This document shows, one piece after another, positions 18,689 through 37,273 of a stretch of DNA of 64,000 nucleotides. The first letter of the stretch is position 1. The number at the start of each line of letters is the position of its first letter. The DNA comes from the human T2T-CHM13v2.0 reference genome, Homo sapiens: the NCBI RefSeq assembly GCF_009914755.1, contig NC_060940.1. One strand, given 5' to 3'. The position numbers and the translations under genes were made by a program. A model generated the notes under the pieces. The model did no database searches, had not been told where the DNA came from, and saw only the letters and a program-made list of their open reading frames with translations.

Positions 18689-20203
18689 TCATCCTACTGA
18701 CAAATTGAGAAGACAAGGCAGTTTGTCTTAGCTGGTCTCTGGGTGGCAAAGTCTTTTTTGAGAATTCATATGTAAAACTGGCCTCATCCAACTTATGCGT
18801 AGGGCTCAAATTACATTACGTGCACAGGTTAGGGATCCCAAAGTTCTAAACCTACCATAAAAGTGTCCCTGCATTGAAGTATCCCTAGAAAACTTAGTAG
18901 ATGCTAATTCAAAAAATCTCTAATAGACACACCTGATCCCAGACTGCATAAAGTCTCAAAGGTAAAGCCAAGTGAATCTGAACTTAAAATAAGAAGAAAT
19001 ATCCCATGAGCAAAAGTTAACAGATACAATAAAGAATGGGATTAGATGTCTAAAAACCTCAGCTAATAGAACCACTAGATAGACACTATAAAATATGTAT
19101 TTTCAAAGGGACTAGAGAAAATTTTTAAAAATTGGAGACATGAGAAGAAGAAATTACTTGAAAGTATTGTAAAATAATTAAATAGAACATCTAGAAAAAA
19201 CTTTAAAATTTACTCAACTGAAAAAAACCCACTAAGTACCCAAATAGCAATCTAGGCAAAGCTGAAGAGAGAACACAGCAAAGTAGTAGATATGAGGAAA
19301 TTATTTAAGAGCATAGCACACACAAAAAAAAAACGAGGTGGAAAATGAGAGATTTAGATTATGGAAAAGATCTAAAACACAACTAATGGTAGTTTCAGAA
19401 ACATCCATTGAAAGAATGAAGAAGATATAATATTTGAGAAGAAAACTGGCTTCAAATTTTACAGAATTGATTAGGGTTTTTATTGATTTGGACACAGGAA
19501 GTCAAATGAGTTCTAATCATGATTAAGTAAAAATAGATACTTAGATAAAATGTTGAGAAACTATAGACTACCAAAGGCAAAAATAAAATCTTAAATAATC
19601 TAGACAGAGAAAGAGAGATTAATCATAATTGAATAAACAATAGAGCAGATTCTCAATTCTTATCAGCAACAATAGAAGATGGAAGATAATTAAATAAAGT
19701 CTTCAAAGTACAGAGATAAATAAAACATTCAGTGTTGAATTCTGTAGCCAGTTAACTGTCACTCGAACAAAAGACAAATGAAAGATATTGTCAAACAAAT
19801 ACATTTAAGAACATATGCCATTTTTTACCAGGGAAAAATCTACTGAAAGATATGCTTTAGAAATATGACATAGAACCAGAAAAGACGGAACAATGTGCAA
19901 AGAAATTGGTAAAATGTAGGTTAGTCTAAACAAGTATTTGTTGTGTAACACATTACTAATGAAAATTGTTAATCAGAGGATATAAAGATAAGGTTGGGAG
20001 GTGACATGAAAAGGTTGGCAATTTATTTCCACACCAAAACTCCCCCCAAAAATTGCAGAAATACCAAAAACAATAATTTCAGGACCCTGAAAACTCATCA
20101 AAGGCAGTTATCAAATTTAAGAAGCATTTATTCTTGAAAAAAGTGTTAGGGTTTTGGGTAGGATTGGTAAAAGTCTGAGCCCTTCCTGACGGGGGTTTCT
20201 CCC

Positions 20204-20558
20204 TGATATAGTTTGGCTTTGTGTCCCCATCCAAATCTCATCTTGAATTGTACTCCCATAATTCCTATGTGTTGTGGGAGGGACCTCGTGGGAGATAATT
20301 GAATCATGGGGGTGGTTCCCCCCCATACTGTTCTCGTGGTAGTGAATAAGTCTCACAAGATCTGATGGCTTTATCAGGGGTTTCCGCTTTTGCATCTTCC
20401 TCATTTTCTCTTGCCACCACCATGTAAGAAGTGCCTTTCACCTCCTGCCATGATTCTGAGGTCTCCTCAGCCACCTGGAACTATAAGTCCAATTAAGCCT
20501 CTTTTTCTTCCCAGTCTTGGGTATGTCTTTATTAGCAGAATGAAAACAGACTAATACA
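20204..20558 (+). mobile_element. THE1 solo LTR, TSD ctccc
   Basis: TGATATAGTTTGGC..AGACTAATACA, 355 bp, flanked by ctccc on both sides. Confidence 0.92.
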
Positions 20559-20831
20559 CTCCCATCTCTCTTCTCACCCCCAAGCTCAGTTGGGGAAAAC
20601 TGTAGTTTTACCAGTTTGAAGCTGGATGTAAAACCCAGCAGCTTTCCTGTTAGGGCTGGGGGCACGGGTGGATTTGGTATGGAGCAGAGGGAAGAAATCA
20701 ATGGTTTTGCCAGTTAAATATAGCAGAGTGGTTTGGGAATGAACAGAGAGAATTGCAGATTTGCTAGTCTGAGGTTGCAGTTTCAACTGGGGAAGTGGAA
20801 GACAAGACAAAAATTTAAGTGAGAGATCCTG

Positions 20832-20922
20832 AGGGTCAATAGGTGCAGCAAACCACCATGGCACATGTATACCTGTGTAACAAACCTGAATGTTCTGCAC
20901 ATGTATCCTGGAACTCAAAGTG
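20832..20922 (+). mobile_element. L1PA 3'-terminal fragment
   Basis: 'ataggtgcagcaaaccaccatggcacatgtatacctgtgtaacaaacctg'. Confidence 0.9.
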
Positions 20923-20923
20923 A

Positions 20924-20985
<62 letters not shown>

Positions 20986-21068
20986 AAGAAAGAAAGAGAG
21001 AAAGAAACAAAGAAAGAGAGAGAGAAAGAAAGAAAGAGAGAGAGAAAGAAAGAAGAAAGAAAGAAAAA

Positions 21069-21126
<58 letters not shown>

Positions 21127-21149
21127 GAAAGAAAGAAAGAAAAGAAAGA
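20922..21149. repeat. (GAAA)n/(GA)n microsatellite, probably expanded from the L1 poly-A tail
   Basis: Directly visible, and it begins exactly where the L1 3' end stops. Confidence 0.97.
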
Positions 21150-21184
21150 CCCACATGCTAGGCTAGAGTTTTCCAGTTCCAAGT

Positions 21185-21551
21185 TCCAATTCTCTCACTG
21201 AGAAGCGTGGCTCACTGTGCCTAAACTGTTTATACAAACAATGTGGTTTACTCTGAACAGCTGCTTTTCCTCTGAGAGTCTGGAATTCTGGTACATGTGA
21301 AGGAGAGTAACCTCCGTAAAATCCTGAGAACTGAGTCTCTAATGAGACTCTGGTCCTGGTAGATGACATTGCACATGTGCTGTCAAAATTTCATGCTGGG
21401 AAAGAGAAACACATCCTTGTAACTCCACAGGAGATGATTCCAAGAAGCTCATACCTGGTATCCTCCAGACTTTACCACATACAACTTTTTCCCTTTGCTA
21501 ATTCTGCTTTGTATCCATTCACTATAATAAATTAAAAACCTGAGTATTACT
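21185..21551 (+). mobile_element. MER21-like LTR fragment ending at a poly-A site
   Basis: Resembles recalled MER21 ('tgtgcctaaactgtttatacaaacaatgtggttt..ctgagtctctaatgag'). AATAAA at 21526-21531 and A15 from 21552. Confidence 0.6.
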
Positions 21552-21585
21552 AAAAAAAAAAAAAAAGAGAGAGAGAGAAATCCTG

Positions 21586-23014
21586 GAAAGGAGAGAATCA
21601 TAAAAAGTCTGAGAAAAGTTCTCCACACATACTGCCGATTGGAAAAGTATGGAAGTGCAGGAAAGACTCAAGATAGTATGACAAAAAGTAAAAATGAAGT
21701 AAGACTTGAGTATTAATTGCAACTTTGAATGCATTCACCCACCCACCCACAGATTATTTGGCAGAGAGTGGAAGCCTTACTACTAGCTTTAATATAATGT
21801 CTCTCAAAAATCAAGCTATGCAACAGACACAAAGGAAATCCCTAGAAAGACAGGCTAAAACAACAATAACAACAACAACACAATATAAAAGACATCAATG
21901 CTGAAAACCACTGGGCAGAAGGATTACACAGCACAAGTATAGGCCAATTACCAAAACATAACAACAACAAAGACAATAACAAATAAAAACCAAATCCAGA
22001 TTTGCTATAATGTGTAATTAAAGTGTTTAGTTTTCAATTAAAAATTATCAGACATGTAAGGAAACAGGAAAATATGGCTTATACTCTGGAAAAAAAGCAG
22101 TGAATAGAAACTGTCTCAATTCAGATATTGGATTTAGAAAGAAAGTTTTCAAAGTATATATTATAAATATGTTCAAATTAAAAATATGATAAAGTGCTGT
22201 CTAATAGAGAATACGAATAAGGAGACAGAATATGTTTAAAAATAGAATCTAGAATTGAAAAGTACAACAGTTAAAGTGAAAAAATCACTAGCGAGGTTCA
22301 ATAGCATATTTGACCTTGTGAAAGAAAGTATCAGTGAACTTGAAGATAGGCCAATAGAGGTTAATCAATCTGAAGAACAAAAAGAAAAAAGAATGAAGGA
22401 TAATAAACAGATCCTCAGAAACTTATGGGATACCATCAAGAGCACTACCATATGCATAATGGGAATTCCAGGAGAAGAGAGAGATAAGAGGACAGAAAAA
22501 TATTTGAAAACATAATGTCTGAAAACTTCAAAAATGCTACAAAAAACATTAATCTTCAGATATAAGAAGGCCAACAAATCTCAAGTAGGATAAACACAAA
22601 GAGATTCACACCTAGAGCCATCCTTGTCAAATTGGTGAAAACCAAGGATAATAAGAAAATCATGAAAGTAGCAAGGGATGACTTATCACATACAGGGGAA
22701 CAATAATATTATCAATACTGGCATTTTTATCTGAAAAAAATGGAGGCCTTATGAAGCGACATTTCAAAAGTGGAGGGAAAAATAACTGTCAATTAAAAAT
22801 TCTGTATCCATTAAAATGATCCTTCAAAAATGGAGCTGAAATAAAGACATTTCCAGATAAATAAAAATAAAGAGAACTTATCCTTGCTAAAGAAACACTA
22901 AAGAAAATGCTTTTAAGATAAAAGGATATGACACCAGATGGCAACTTGAACCTATAAGGAATAAATGGCACGGGAAATGGTAAATAAATTTGTAAGTATA
23001 AAAGATTGTATGTG
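21586..23014 (+). mobile_element. Old L1M 5' region and ORF1 remnant
   Basis: ORF 22255-22515 (ESISELEDRPIE..LRNLWDTIK..IMGIPGEE) is L1 ORF1p-like. Confidence 0.8.
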
Positions 23015-23371
<357 letters not shown>

Positions 23372-24697
23372 TTATTATAGGCAATAACTATAACAATACT
23401 GCTGAGTTCATAGCATATAAGAGATACATTGATCAAAGTTGCTATATAACACTGGAATTAAGTAAAAATTACTAAACCAAAGTAGATTGTAAAAAGTGAA
23501 GATGATTGATTATTATAATCCCCAAAGGTAGTTGGGAGGCTGAGATAGAAGTACTGCTTGAGGCTAGGAGTTTGAGACTAGCCCGAGCAACACAATGAAA
23601 CTCTGTTGATATAGTTTGGATATGTGTCCCTGCCCAAATCTCATGTTGAATTGTAATCCCCAAAGTTGGAGATAGGTCCTGCTGGGAGGTGAATGGATCA
23701 TGGGGGCAGATTTCTCATGAATCGTTAGTACTGGCTAATTTGGTATTTTTAGTAGAGACAGGGTTTCTCCATGTTGGTCAGGCTGGTCTTGAACTCCTGA
23801 CCTCAGGTGATCCACCCGCCTCAACCTCCCAAAGTGCTGGGATTACAGGCAGGAGCCATCGTGACTGGTCTAAGTTTTACTTTCTAAAAATTATATTAAA
23901 ATTTATATTTCTCTATTATCTAATCATAAATTATATCAAATATGCTGTTTTGAATTTTATTTTTCCCTTTAAACGTAAAGACACACATTCAGTTCATTGT
24001 GCTAGATAAATTACCAGTGTGATCACAAATTAAGAAATGCAATTCAAAGAATTTTGCATACAAGGAGTCCTGAAAGTGTTAATAATTTTTGATGCAAAGA
24101 TAATTTTATGAAAGTAATAGAAGACTAAAAAAAGGTACAAAACAATTATTATGTAAGTATCTTCCTTTTTCTGAATCACCCATGATTACTTTTTCCACTA
24201 AGCAAAAACTGACTACATACTTCAGACCTGTCTCAAATCTCCCCAGCCTCTTTTCCTAAACCTCCCCAGCCTCTCAGGACAGACAGGATGCTCCTGTACT
24301 TTGTGCATTCTGCTATTTTTAGCAAGAGGCCTATTTTGTCGGTGTTGTCTGAATAGTATTTGCCGACTCTCAGACTTTCAGTCACTTATTTGTTTATTTA
24401 TTTATTTATTTGTCTCCTTTTCTTGTATTTCCCTTTTCCTTTTCTTTCCTTTCTTTTTCCCTTTCCTCCTCCCTTCCTTTGCTTACTTATTTTTTCCCTT
24501 TAATTCCCATTCACTATTTCCATGACTGCCAAATAGTAGGTTGATCCTTTAAAATATTCCTTTTTTAAAATTTATTGTACTTTAAGTTCTGGGATACATG
24601 TGCAGAACGTGCAGGTTTGTTACATAGGTATACACGTGCCATGTGGTTTGCTGCACCTATCTACAATATATCTTAAAATGAATAAAAGTGGAAACAC

Positions 24698-26615
24698 ACA
24701 GGAGACAGGGTGTATGGGGTGAGTGGGTTGCCAAGTGGATGGTGGCAGGGTGCTCCAGGGTGGCCAGTGGGGCTAAGTGTTGTGTATTCCAAGCATGGCG
24801 GGGTTCCTGCCTTCCTGTGTGGCAGACTGTGGCATCAGGTAAGAGCCACTCAGTGCCCACCCTGGCTCCTCCATTGCCTTGCTCTCAGCCCCTGACATCC
24901 AGCCCACACCTGGAGATTGAGTTGTACCCACTGCTCTGGGTCTCAGCCCTGTGATCACCTCAGTAGATATTCTGAGCTTGGCTATGCAGGCAACACTGAG
25001 CCATAGTTTACTATTCTTTTATGCATTTCTATCAGAGAGTCAGCAAAGGTAGTTGACAAAGCCCAAGGGAGAATGTTGAGGGGAGTTGATGACCTTGACT
25101 TTTTCATACAGGATGAAGCCATTGATAAATATGTATGCTACAAAGTGGTCAATATGACATGGAATCACTGAAGACTGGGATATTATGGAAAGGTTCATGG
25201 AGCAAGTGGTTTTTAAATATCTTTGAGCAGAATCTGAGGACCATTATTTTTTAATGACAGAACTTCCACTGAATACACTAGAAAATACAGAGCATTTTTG
25301 CAGAAATTATGTTTGAACTATTTAATGTACCAGGATTCTACATTGCAGTTCAGGATGTACTAGCCTTGGAAGTATCTTGGACATCTCAACAAGTGGGTGA
25401 ATATATGTTAATGAGTACAGTCATTGACAAAGGAGATGGAGTCACCCTTGTTCTCCCAGTTGTAGAAGGTTATGTAATTGAGAGCTGCATCAATCACATC
25501 CTGATTGTAGGTGATACTGTGTATTTCATTCAACAACTGCTAAGGGAGAGGGAGGTAGGAATCCCTCTTGAGCAGTCACTGGAGACCACAAAAGCCATTA
25601 AGGAGAAATACTGTTACTTTTGCCCTGATATAGTCAAGGAATTTGCTAAGTATGATGTGGATCCCTGGAAGTGGATCAAACAGTACACAGGTATCAATGT
25701 GATCAACCAGGAGAAGTTCATAATAGACGTTGGTTACAAAAGGCTCCTGCAACCTGAAATATTTTTTTACCCAGAGTTTGCCAACCCAGACTTTATGGAA
25801 TCCATCTTGAATATTGTTGATGAATACAAAACTGTCCCATTGATGTGCATTGTCCACTGTATAAGAATGTTGTTCTTTCAAGGGGTTTGGCCATATTCAG
25901 GGATATGAATCTCAACTACAGAGAGATTTGAAGAGTGGTACATGCCAGATTAAAACTCAGTAAGGAGCTCAGTGGCAGGATAATCAAACCTAAGCTTACA
26001 GAGGTCCGGGTGGTAATCCGTCACATGCAGCACTATGCCTTATGGTTTGGAAGCTTAATGCTAGCCTCAACTCTGGAGTTATTTCAGGTCTGTCACACCA
26101 AGAAGGACTATAAAGAATATGGCCCCAGCATCTGCCACCAGAGCCTTCTCTTTGGAGTAATGTCTTAGTGTCTGCCTTGAAAGCATCATTTAATAGTGTC
26201 ATGTTGGGGAACGAGTGTCCTTCAGAACCCAGAGAAGACTACCATTTCTAAATGACATTTGGTGTTGATGTCTGAGCAGCATGCTTGCATCACCTAGTGC
26301 ATGAGGCACAGGGCAGAGTCATTTCAGTAAAAACCATTTCTTTATGTGTTGACTGTTGTATGCCCACTCCTTCTTCTCTCACTCCCTTTCTTCATGCTTC
26401 CCCAGTTTCCCTCCTCCTTTTCACTTGAACTTTTTTGTTGACAAATACCATTCTGAAGGAATTCAAATGTGACTCTGAAAATTGTTAAGAGGAAAAAAAA
26501 TTTCAAAAATGGCCCAAAATAGTTCTCCCCCAGGAAAGAATGCAGTGGTATAAATCCTTTTCCCCCAGCCTATTTTTATAAATAAAATGTTATAAACTTA
26601 AAATACAAAAAACCA
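24698..26615 (+). pseudogene. ACTR3B: Processed pseudogene of ACTR3B (Arp3-beta)
   Basis: ATG at 24795 (MAGFLPSCVADCG). ORFs 25309-25908 and 25935-26168 match recalled ACTR3B through ..[16 protein letters not shown]. Intronless apart from a 128-nt insert. Stop TAG at 25004-25006, several frameshifts, AATAAA at 26581 and a degenerate A tail. Confidence 0.95.
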
Positions 26616-28029
26616 AAAACATAGCAATATTTACAGGATGCAATTAAAGCAGAGTATAGAGGAAAATGTATAGCTTTAAAAACAGAAAGAAAAAATAATC
26701 TAAAATTGATAATCAAAACTTCCATCTTAAGACTCTAGAAAAAGATGAGTAAACCAAGCCGAAAGTAAGTAGGATGTATGAAATAAAAATGTCACAGTGG
26801 AAAACGAGAAATACAGAACAGGATAACGTTAAAAACAACCAAAGAAACCCAAAATTGCTTATTTCAGAAAGTCAAGAAGATAAATAATATTTAGTTAAAT
26901 TGACCAAGAAAAAAGAAAGAAGACACTAATCCCAAAATCAAGAATCAAAGAGAAATATCACCACAGACCCTACCCTTAAAAGGATGTTAAGAAAATAGCA
27001 TAATAACTTTAAGGCAAAAAATTTGACAACTTAGATAAAATAGAACAATTCCTTGAAAGACACAAATTACCAAAACTGACTCAAGGAAAAAGAAAAAAAA
27101 ACAAATACCAATATCAAGTAAAGAAATTGCATCAGTAATTTCAAATCTTCCTATAGAGAAAAAATATACTTCACTGGTGAATTCTATCAAACTACTAAGG
27201 GAGGAAATAATACCAATGTTACAAAAACTTTATTCAGCAAATAGAGGATGAAGGAAACTTCCCAACTAACCTTATTTCATTTGATATCAATATTACCCTG
27301 ATATCAAAACAAGACAAAGACATTACAAGCAAACACAGCTATATACCAATATCCCTTGTGAACCTAGACATAAAAATTCTTAACCAAATATTAGCAAATG
27401 TAATTGAGCAACATATGAAAAGGATTTTATACCATAATCAAATGAAGTTTATCTCAGGAATGTGAGGTTGACTTAACATCCGAAAATCAATGTAATAAAC
27501 TATATTAACAGAATAAAGGACAAAACCATATGATCACCTCAATAGATGCAGAAAAGCATTTGACAGAATTCAACAATCATACATTAAAAAAAATCTCATC
27601 AACTTATGAATAGAAGGGAACTTCTTCAAATGATCAAGGCATCTACCAGAAGCTTATAGCCAACATATTTAATGGTAAGAATGTGCTTCCCTCTAGATTA
27701 GGAAACATGCAAAGATATCTGTGTTTACCACTTCTATTTAACAATGCACCACAGGTCTTAGTTTGTGCAATAGTCAAGGAAAAAAGGTATGGAAAAAAGA
27801 CAACTCTTTTTATTGTTAGCCTTGTATGCAGAAAATCCTAAGGAACATACCCACACACACACCCACATACCACACCCCCTCCCAGACTTACTAGAACTAA
27901 GAGGGGGGCTTAGTAAGTTTGTAGAGTATATGATCAATATACAAAAATTGGTTATATATATAGTAGCAACAAACAATACAAAGATGAAATAAAGAAAACA
28001 ATTCCAATCACAATAGCATCAAAAATAAA

Positions 28030-30644
28030 TGTCTTAGTTTGTTTTATGTTGTTATAATAGAATACCTGAGACTGTACGAAGAGGTTTATTTAGCTCATGT
28101 TTCTCCAGACTGGGAAGTTCAAGAAGCATGGCACCAGTATCTGCTTAGCTTCTGGTGAGGGCTTTAGCAGTGCATCACAACATGGCAGAAGACCAAAGAG
28201 GAAGTGGGAAAGTGCCAAGAGGCCAAACACAAGGTACAACCTTGTACAATGGGTTGCTTTATAACAATCCATTCTCAGGGCAACTAATCTATTTCCACAG
28301 GAACCAATCCAGTTTCATGAGAGCAAGAACTCACTCACTATATGAGGACTGCACGAAGCTGCTTAAAATGGCAGAGCCCGCATGACCCAAGCATCTCCCA
28401 TTAGGCCCTACCTCTTAAAGGTTCCAACATGATTTTTGACAGAAACACGGAAACCATGGCATTTCACCCTTGGAACTACAAACTCATGTCCCTCTTACAC
28501 TACAAAATGTAATTATTCAATCTCAATGGTCCCCAAAGTGTTAATTTATTCCAGTAACAATTTAAAGGTCAAAGCCCAAAGTCTCATATAAGACTCAAAG
28601 CAAATTCCTTCTAGCTATGAGCCTGTAAAATAAAAATAAAAATAAAAAAACACAAGTTATTTACTTCCAAGATACAATGGTGGAATAGTCATATGGCAGA
28701 CAGTCCCATTCCAAAAGGGAGAAATAAGCCAAAAGAAGAAAGAGGTGACAGACCTCGAGCAAGTGCAAAACTCAGCAGGGCATACACTAAATCTTAAAGC
28801 TCCAGAATAATTCTCCACTCTATGTGCTACCTCCTGGGCACAGTGGGGAGTTTTTATCCCTAAAGCCTTGGGCAGCCCCACCTCCATTGCTTTGTTGGGC
28901 ATAGCCACATGGCTACTCTCACTGGTTGGAGTTGGATACCTGTGGCCTTTCCAGGCTGAGGTTGCATGGTGGCAATGGCTCTATAGTTCTGGAGTCCCAG
29001 TGGTGGTCCACTTCGTGGATTCACTGGGCATTGCCCTGGTACAGACTCTTTGTGGCAGCTCCAACCCTACATTTCTCCTCAGCTTTGCCCTAGGGGAGGT
29101 ACACTGCAGTGGCTCTGGCCCTGCAACAAGTCTCCACCTGAGCTCCCAGTCTTTTCAGTACATTCCTTAAAATCTAGGTGGCAGCCACCATGCCTCCACT
29201 TCTCTTGTATTCTGCACATCTGCAAAAATAGTACCACAAGGTTGTAAAAGCCATCAAGGCTTACCGCTTGCACCCTCCAGAGTGCTGTCATGAGCTGTAT
29301 CTGAGGCTGCTTGATCCATGACTGTGTGTCACCAAGGTTTATGGTTTGTATCTTGTGGAATGGCAGCCTGAGCCACACCTGAGTATGATTGTGCCATGGG
29401 TTGGGTGGCTGCTGAGGGCTGTGCCAGAATTTGGGGAGCAGGATCTCAAAACAGCACAGGGCAGTGATGCATGGGTTCTGTCTCTTAAAACCATTCTGTC
29501 CTCCTAGACCTCTGGAAAGGCAACCTCAAAAATTTCTGAAATGTCTTCAGGGCCTTTAAAAAAATTGTCTCAATAATTGTCAACTGGTTTTCTTCTCTCA
29601 GTGCTAATCTCTTTAGTATTGGTTGTTCTGCTGCACCCTTGGATTCTTCACCTGAAAATGCTCTTTCATTCTCTTCCACATGGCCAGGCTATTAATTTTC
29701 AAATTTTTGTGTTTGCTTCCATTGTCATTTTGCATTTCACTGAATGTAGTAAGGAGTAACTACATAGCTGCTCTATATTTTGCTTAGAAATTTCTTCTGC
29801 CAGGTACCCTAGTTCATCACTCTTAAGTTTGGCCTTCCACAAAACCTTAGGGCACAAAGCCTTAGAAACAACACAGCCAAATTTTTGCTATGGTCTAACA
29901 AGGATGACTTGGTCTCCAGTTCCTAATACCTTGTTCCTCATTTCTATCTGAGATCTCATTAGAATGGCCTTTGCTGTCCATATTTTTATCAGCATTGTGG
30001 TAATGACTACTTAACCAATCTCTGAGAAATTCTAAACTTTCTCTCATCTTTTTGTTGTCTTTTGAGCCCTCACTGAAATTATCCTTAATGCTCTGTTTAT
30101 GGCAATACAGTCTTCTTCTAGTCTGCTCCTTCAAACTTTTCCAACTTCTGCGCATTACCCAGTTCCAATGATGCTTCTGCATTTTTGAAAATCTAAATAG
30201 CAACATCCCACTTTCAGTACCAATTTTCTGTCTTAGTCCGTTTTGTGTTGCTATAACAGAATACCGGAGACTGAGTAATTTATAAAGAGGTATATTTGGC
30301 TTGCAGTTCTGCAGGCTGGAAAGAATGACACTGGCATCTGCTTGGGTTCTGGTGAAAGCTTTAGTGTTGTGTCACAACATGTTAGAATAAGGTCAAAGGG
30401 GAGTAGGCAAGTACCAGGAGGCCAAGCATGAAGCGTGACCTCACCGTATAGCAATTCATTCTCATGGTAACTAATCCATTCCTGAGAGAACTAATCTCAC
30501 AAGAGTGAGAACTCACTCACCAGTGTAAGAATAGTACCAAGCTTCCCACAAAGGAAGAGCTCCCAAGACCCAAACACTTCCCAATAGGCCCTACCTCTTA
30601 AGCGTTCCAACATGCGTTTTGGTAGAGACACTCAAACTATAGCA
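28030..30644 (-). mobile_element. MaLR (MST-type) provirus: LTR - internal region - LTR
   Basis: Two similar LTRs at 28030-28461 and 30229-30644, each 'tgtcttagt..gca'. About 1.8 kb of MaLR-int sequence lies between them. TSD ataaa/ataat. Confidence 0.85.
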
Positions 30645-31399
30645 ATAATAATTAGGAATAAATTTAACAAAATAAGTGTGAAACCTTTGCACTGAAAACT
30701 AAAAAACATCACTCAGATAAATGCCTAAATAAATGGAGAGATATATCATGTTAATGGATTAGATGACTCAATATTGTTAGATGTCAATTGATCTACAAAT
30801 TAACTGAAATTCCTGCCAAAAGTCTAGAAAGATTGGAAAAATTGACACGCTGATTTTAAAATTATATAGAAATACAAAAATACCTAGAATAGCCAAAACA
30901 ATCTTGCTAAGTAAGAATGAAGTTAGAGTACTTAATACTGCCTTATTTTAAAAATCAGTGTAAAGCAACAGTAGTTAAGACAGTGTAGAATCCACATTAA
31001 GAGAGATAGATAGATCAATGGAACTAAGTGGAGTTCAGAATCCAACCCACATAGTCAATTAATTTTCATCAAAGATGCTAAGACAATTCAATAGGAGAAA
31101 GATGTTCTTTCAACAAATGATTCTATAAGAACTGGTTATTCATTTACAAAAACTAAACCTAGATCCTTAGGTCATATACGAAAATTAACTAAAATGGATC
31201 ATAGACCTAATTGTATGAGCTAAAACTGTAAAACTTCTAGGAAAAAAAAATAGGAGAAAATATTTATGACCTCAGACTAAGAAAAGGTTTCTTAGATATA
31301 ATATCAAAAACATGTTCCATAAAAGAAAAACAGATAAATTGGACTTCACCAAAATGATGAAATCTTTGCTTTTCAAATATTTCTTAAATAAATGAAAAG

Positions 31400-37093
<5,694 letters not shown>

Positions 37094-37095
37094 AC

Positions 37096-37273
37096 TTCAG
37101 CCTTCGAGTAGCTATCAGGTGCGCCACCATGCCCAGCTAATTTTTGTGTTTTTAGTAGAGATGGGGTTTCACCATGTTGCCTAGGTTAGTCTTGAACTCC
37201 TGGGCTCAGGTGATCTGCTCGCCTTGGCCTCCCAAAATGCTAGGATTACAGGCATGAGCCACTGTGCCCAGCC
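37096..37273 (-). mobile_element. Alu missing its 3' part
   Basis: Left arm plus a short right-arm remnant, fused to the truncated L1. Confidence 0.88.

Larger units (their letters stand above)
24665..31395 (+). mobile_element. Old L1M ORF2, host of the ACTR3B retrocopy and the MaLR provirus
   Basis: Degenerate ORF2 motifs continue across both insertions ('gaataaaagtggaaacaca' / 'aaacatagcaatatttacaggatgca', and 'aatagcatcaaaaataaa' / 'attaggaataaatttaac'). Confidence 0.75.

Noticed and set aside
20586-21201. FLSF and ERKK ORFs up to 198 aa
   Set aside because: They are translations of the (GAAA)n microsatellite.
25309-25908. 199-aa actin-related ORF as a functional retrogene
   Set aside because: It is flanked by an upstream stop and frameshifts, and the C-terminus leaves the ACTR3B frame.
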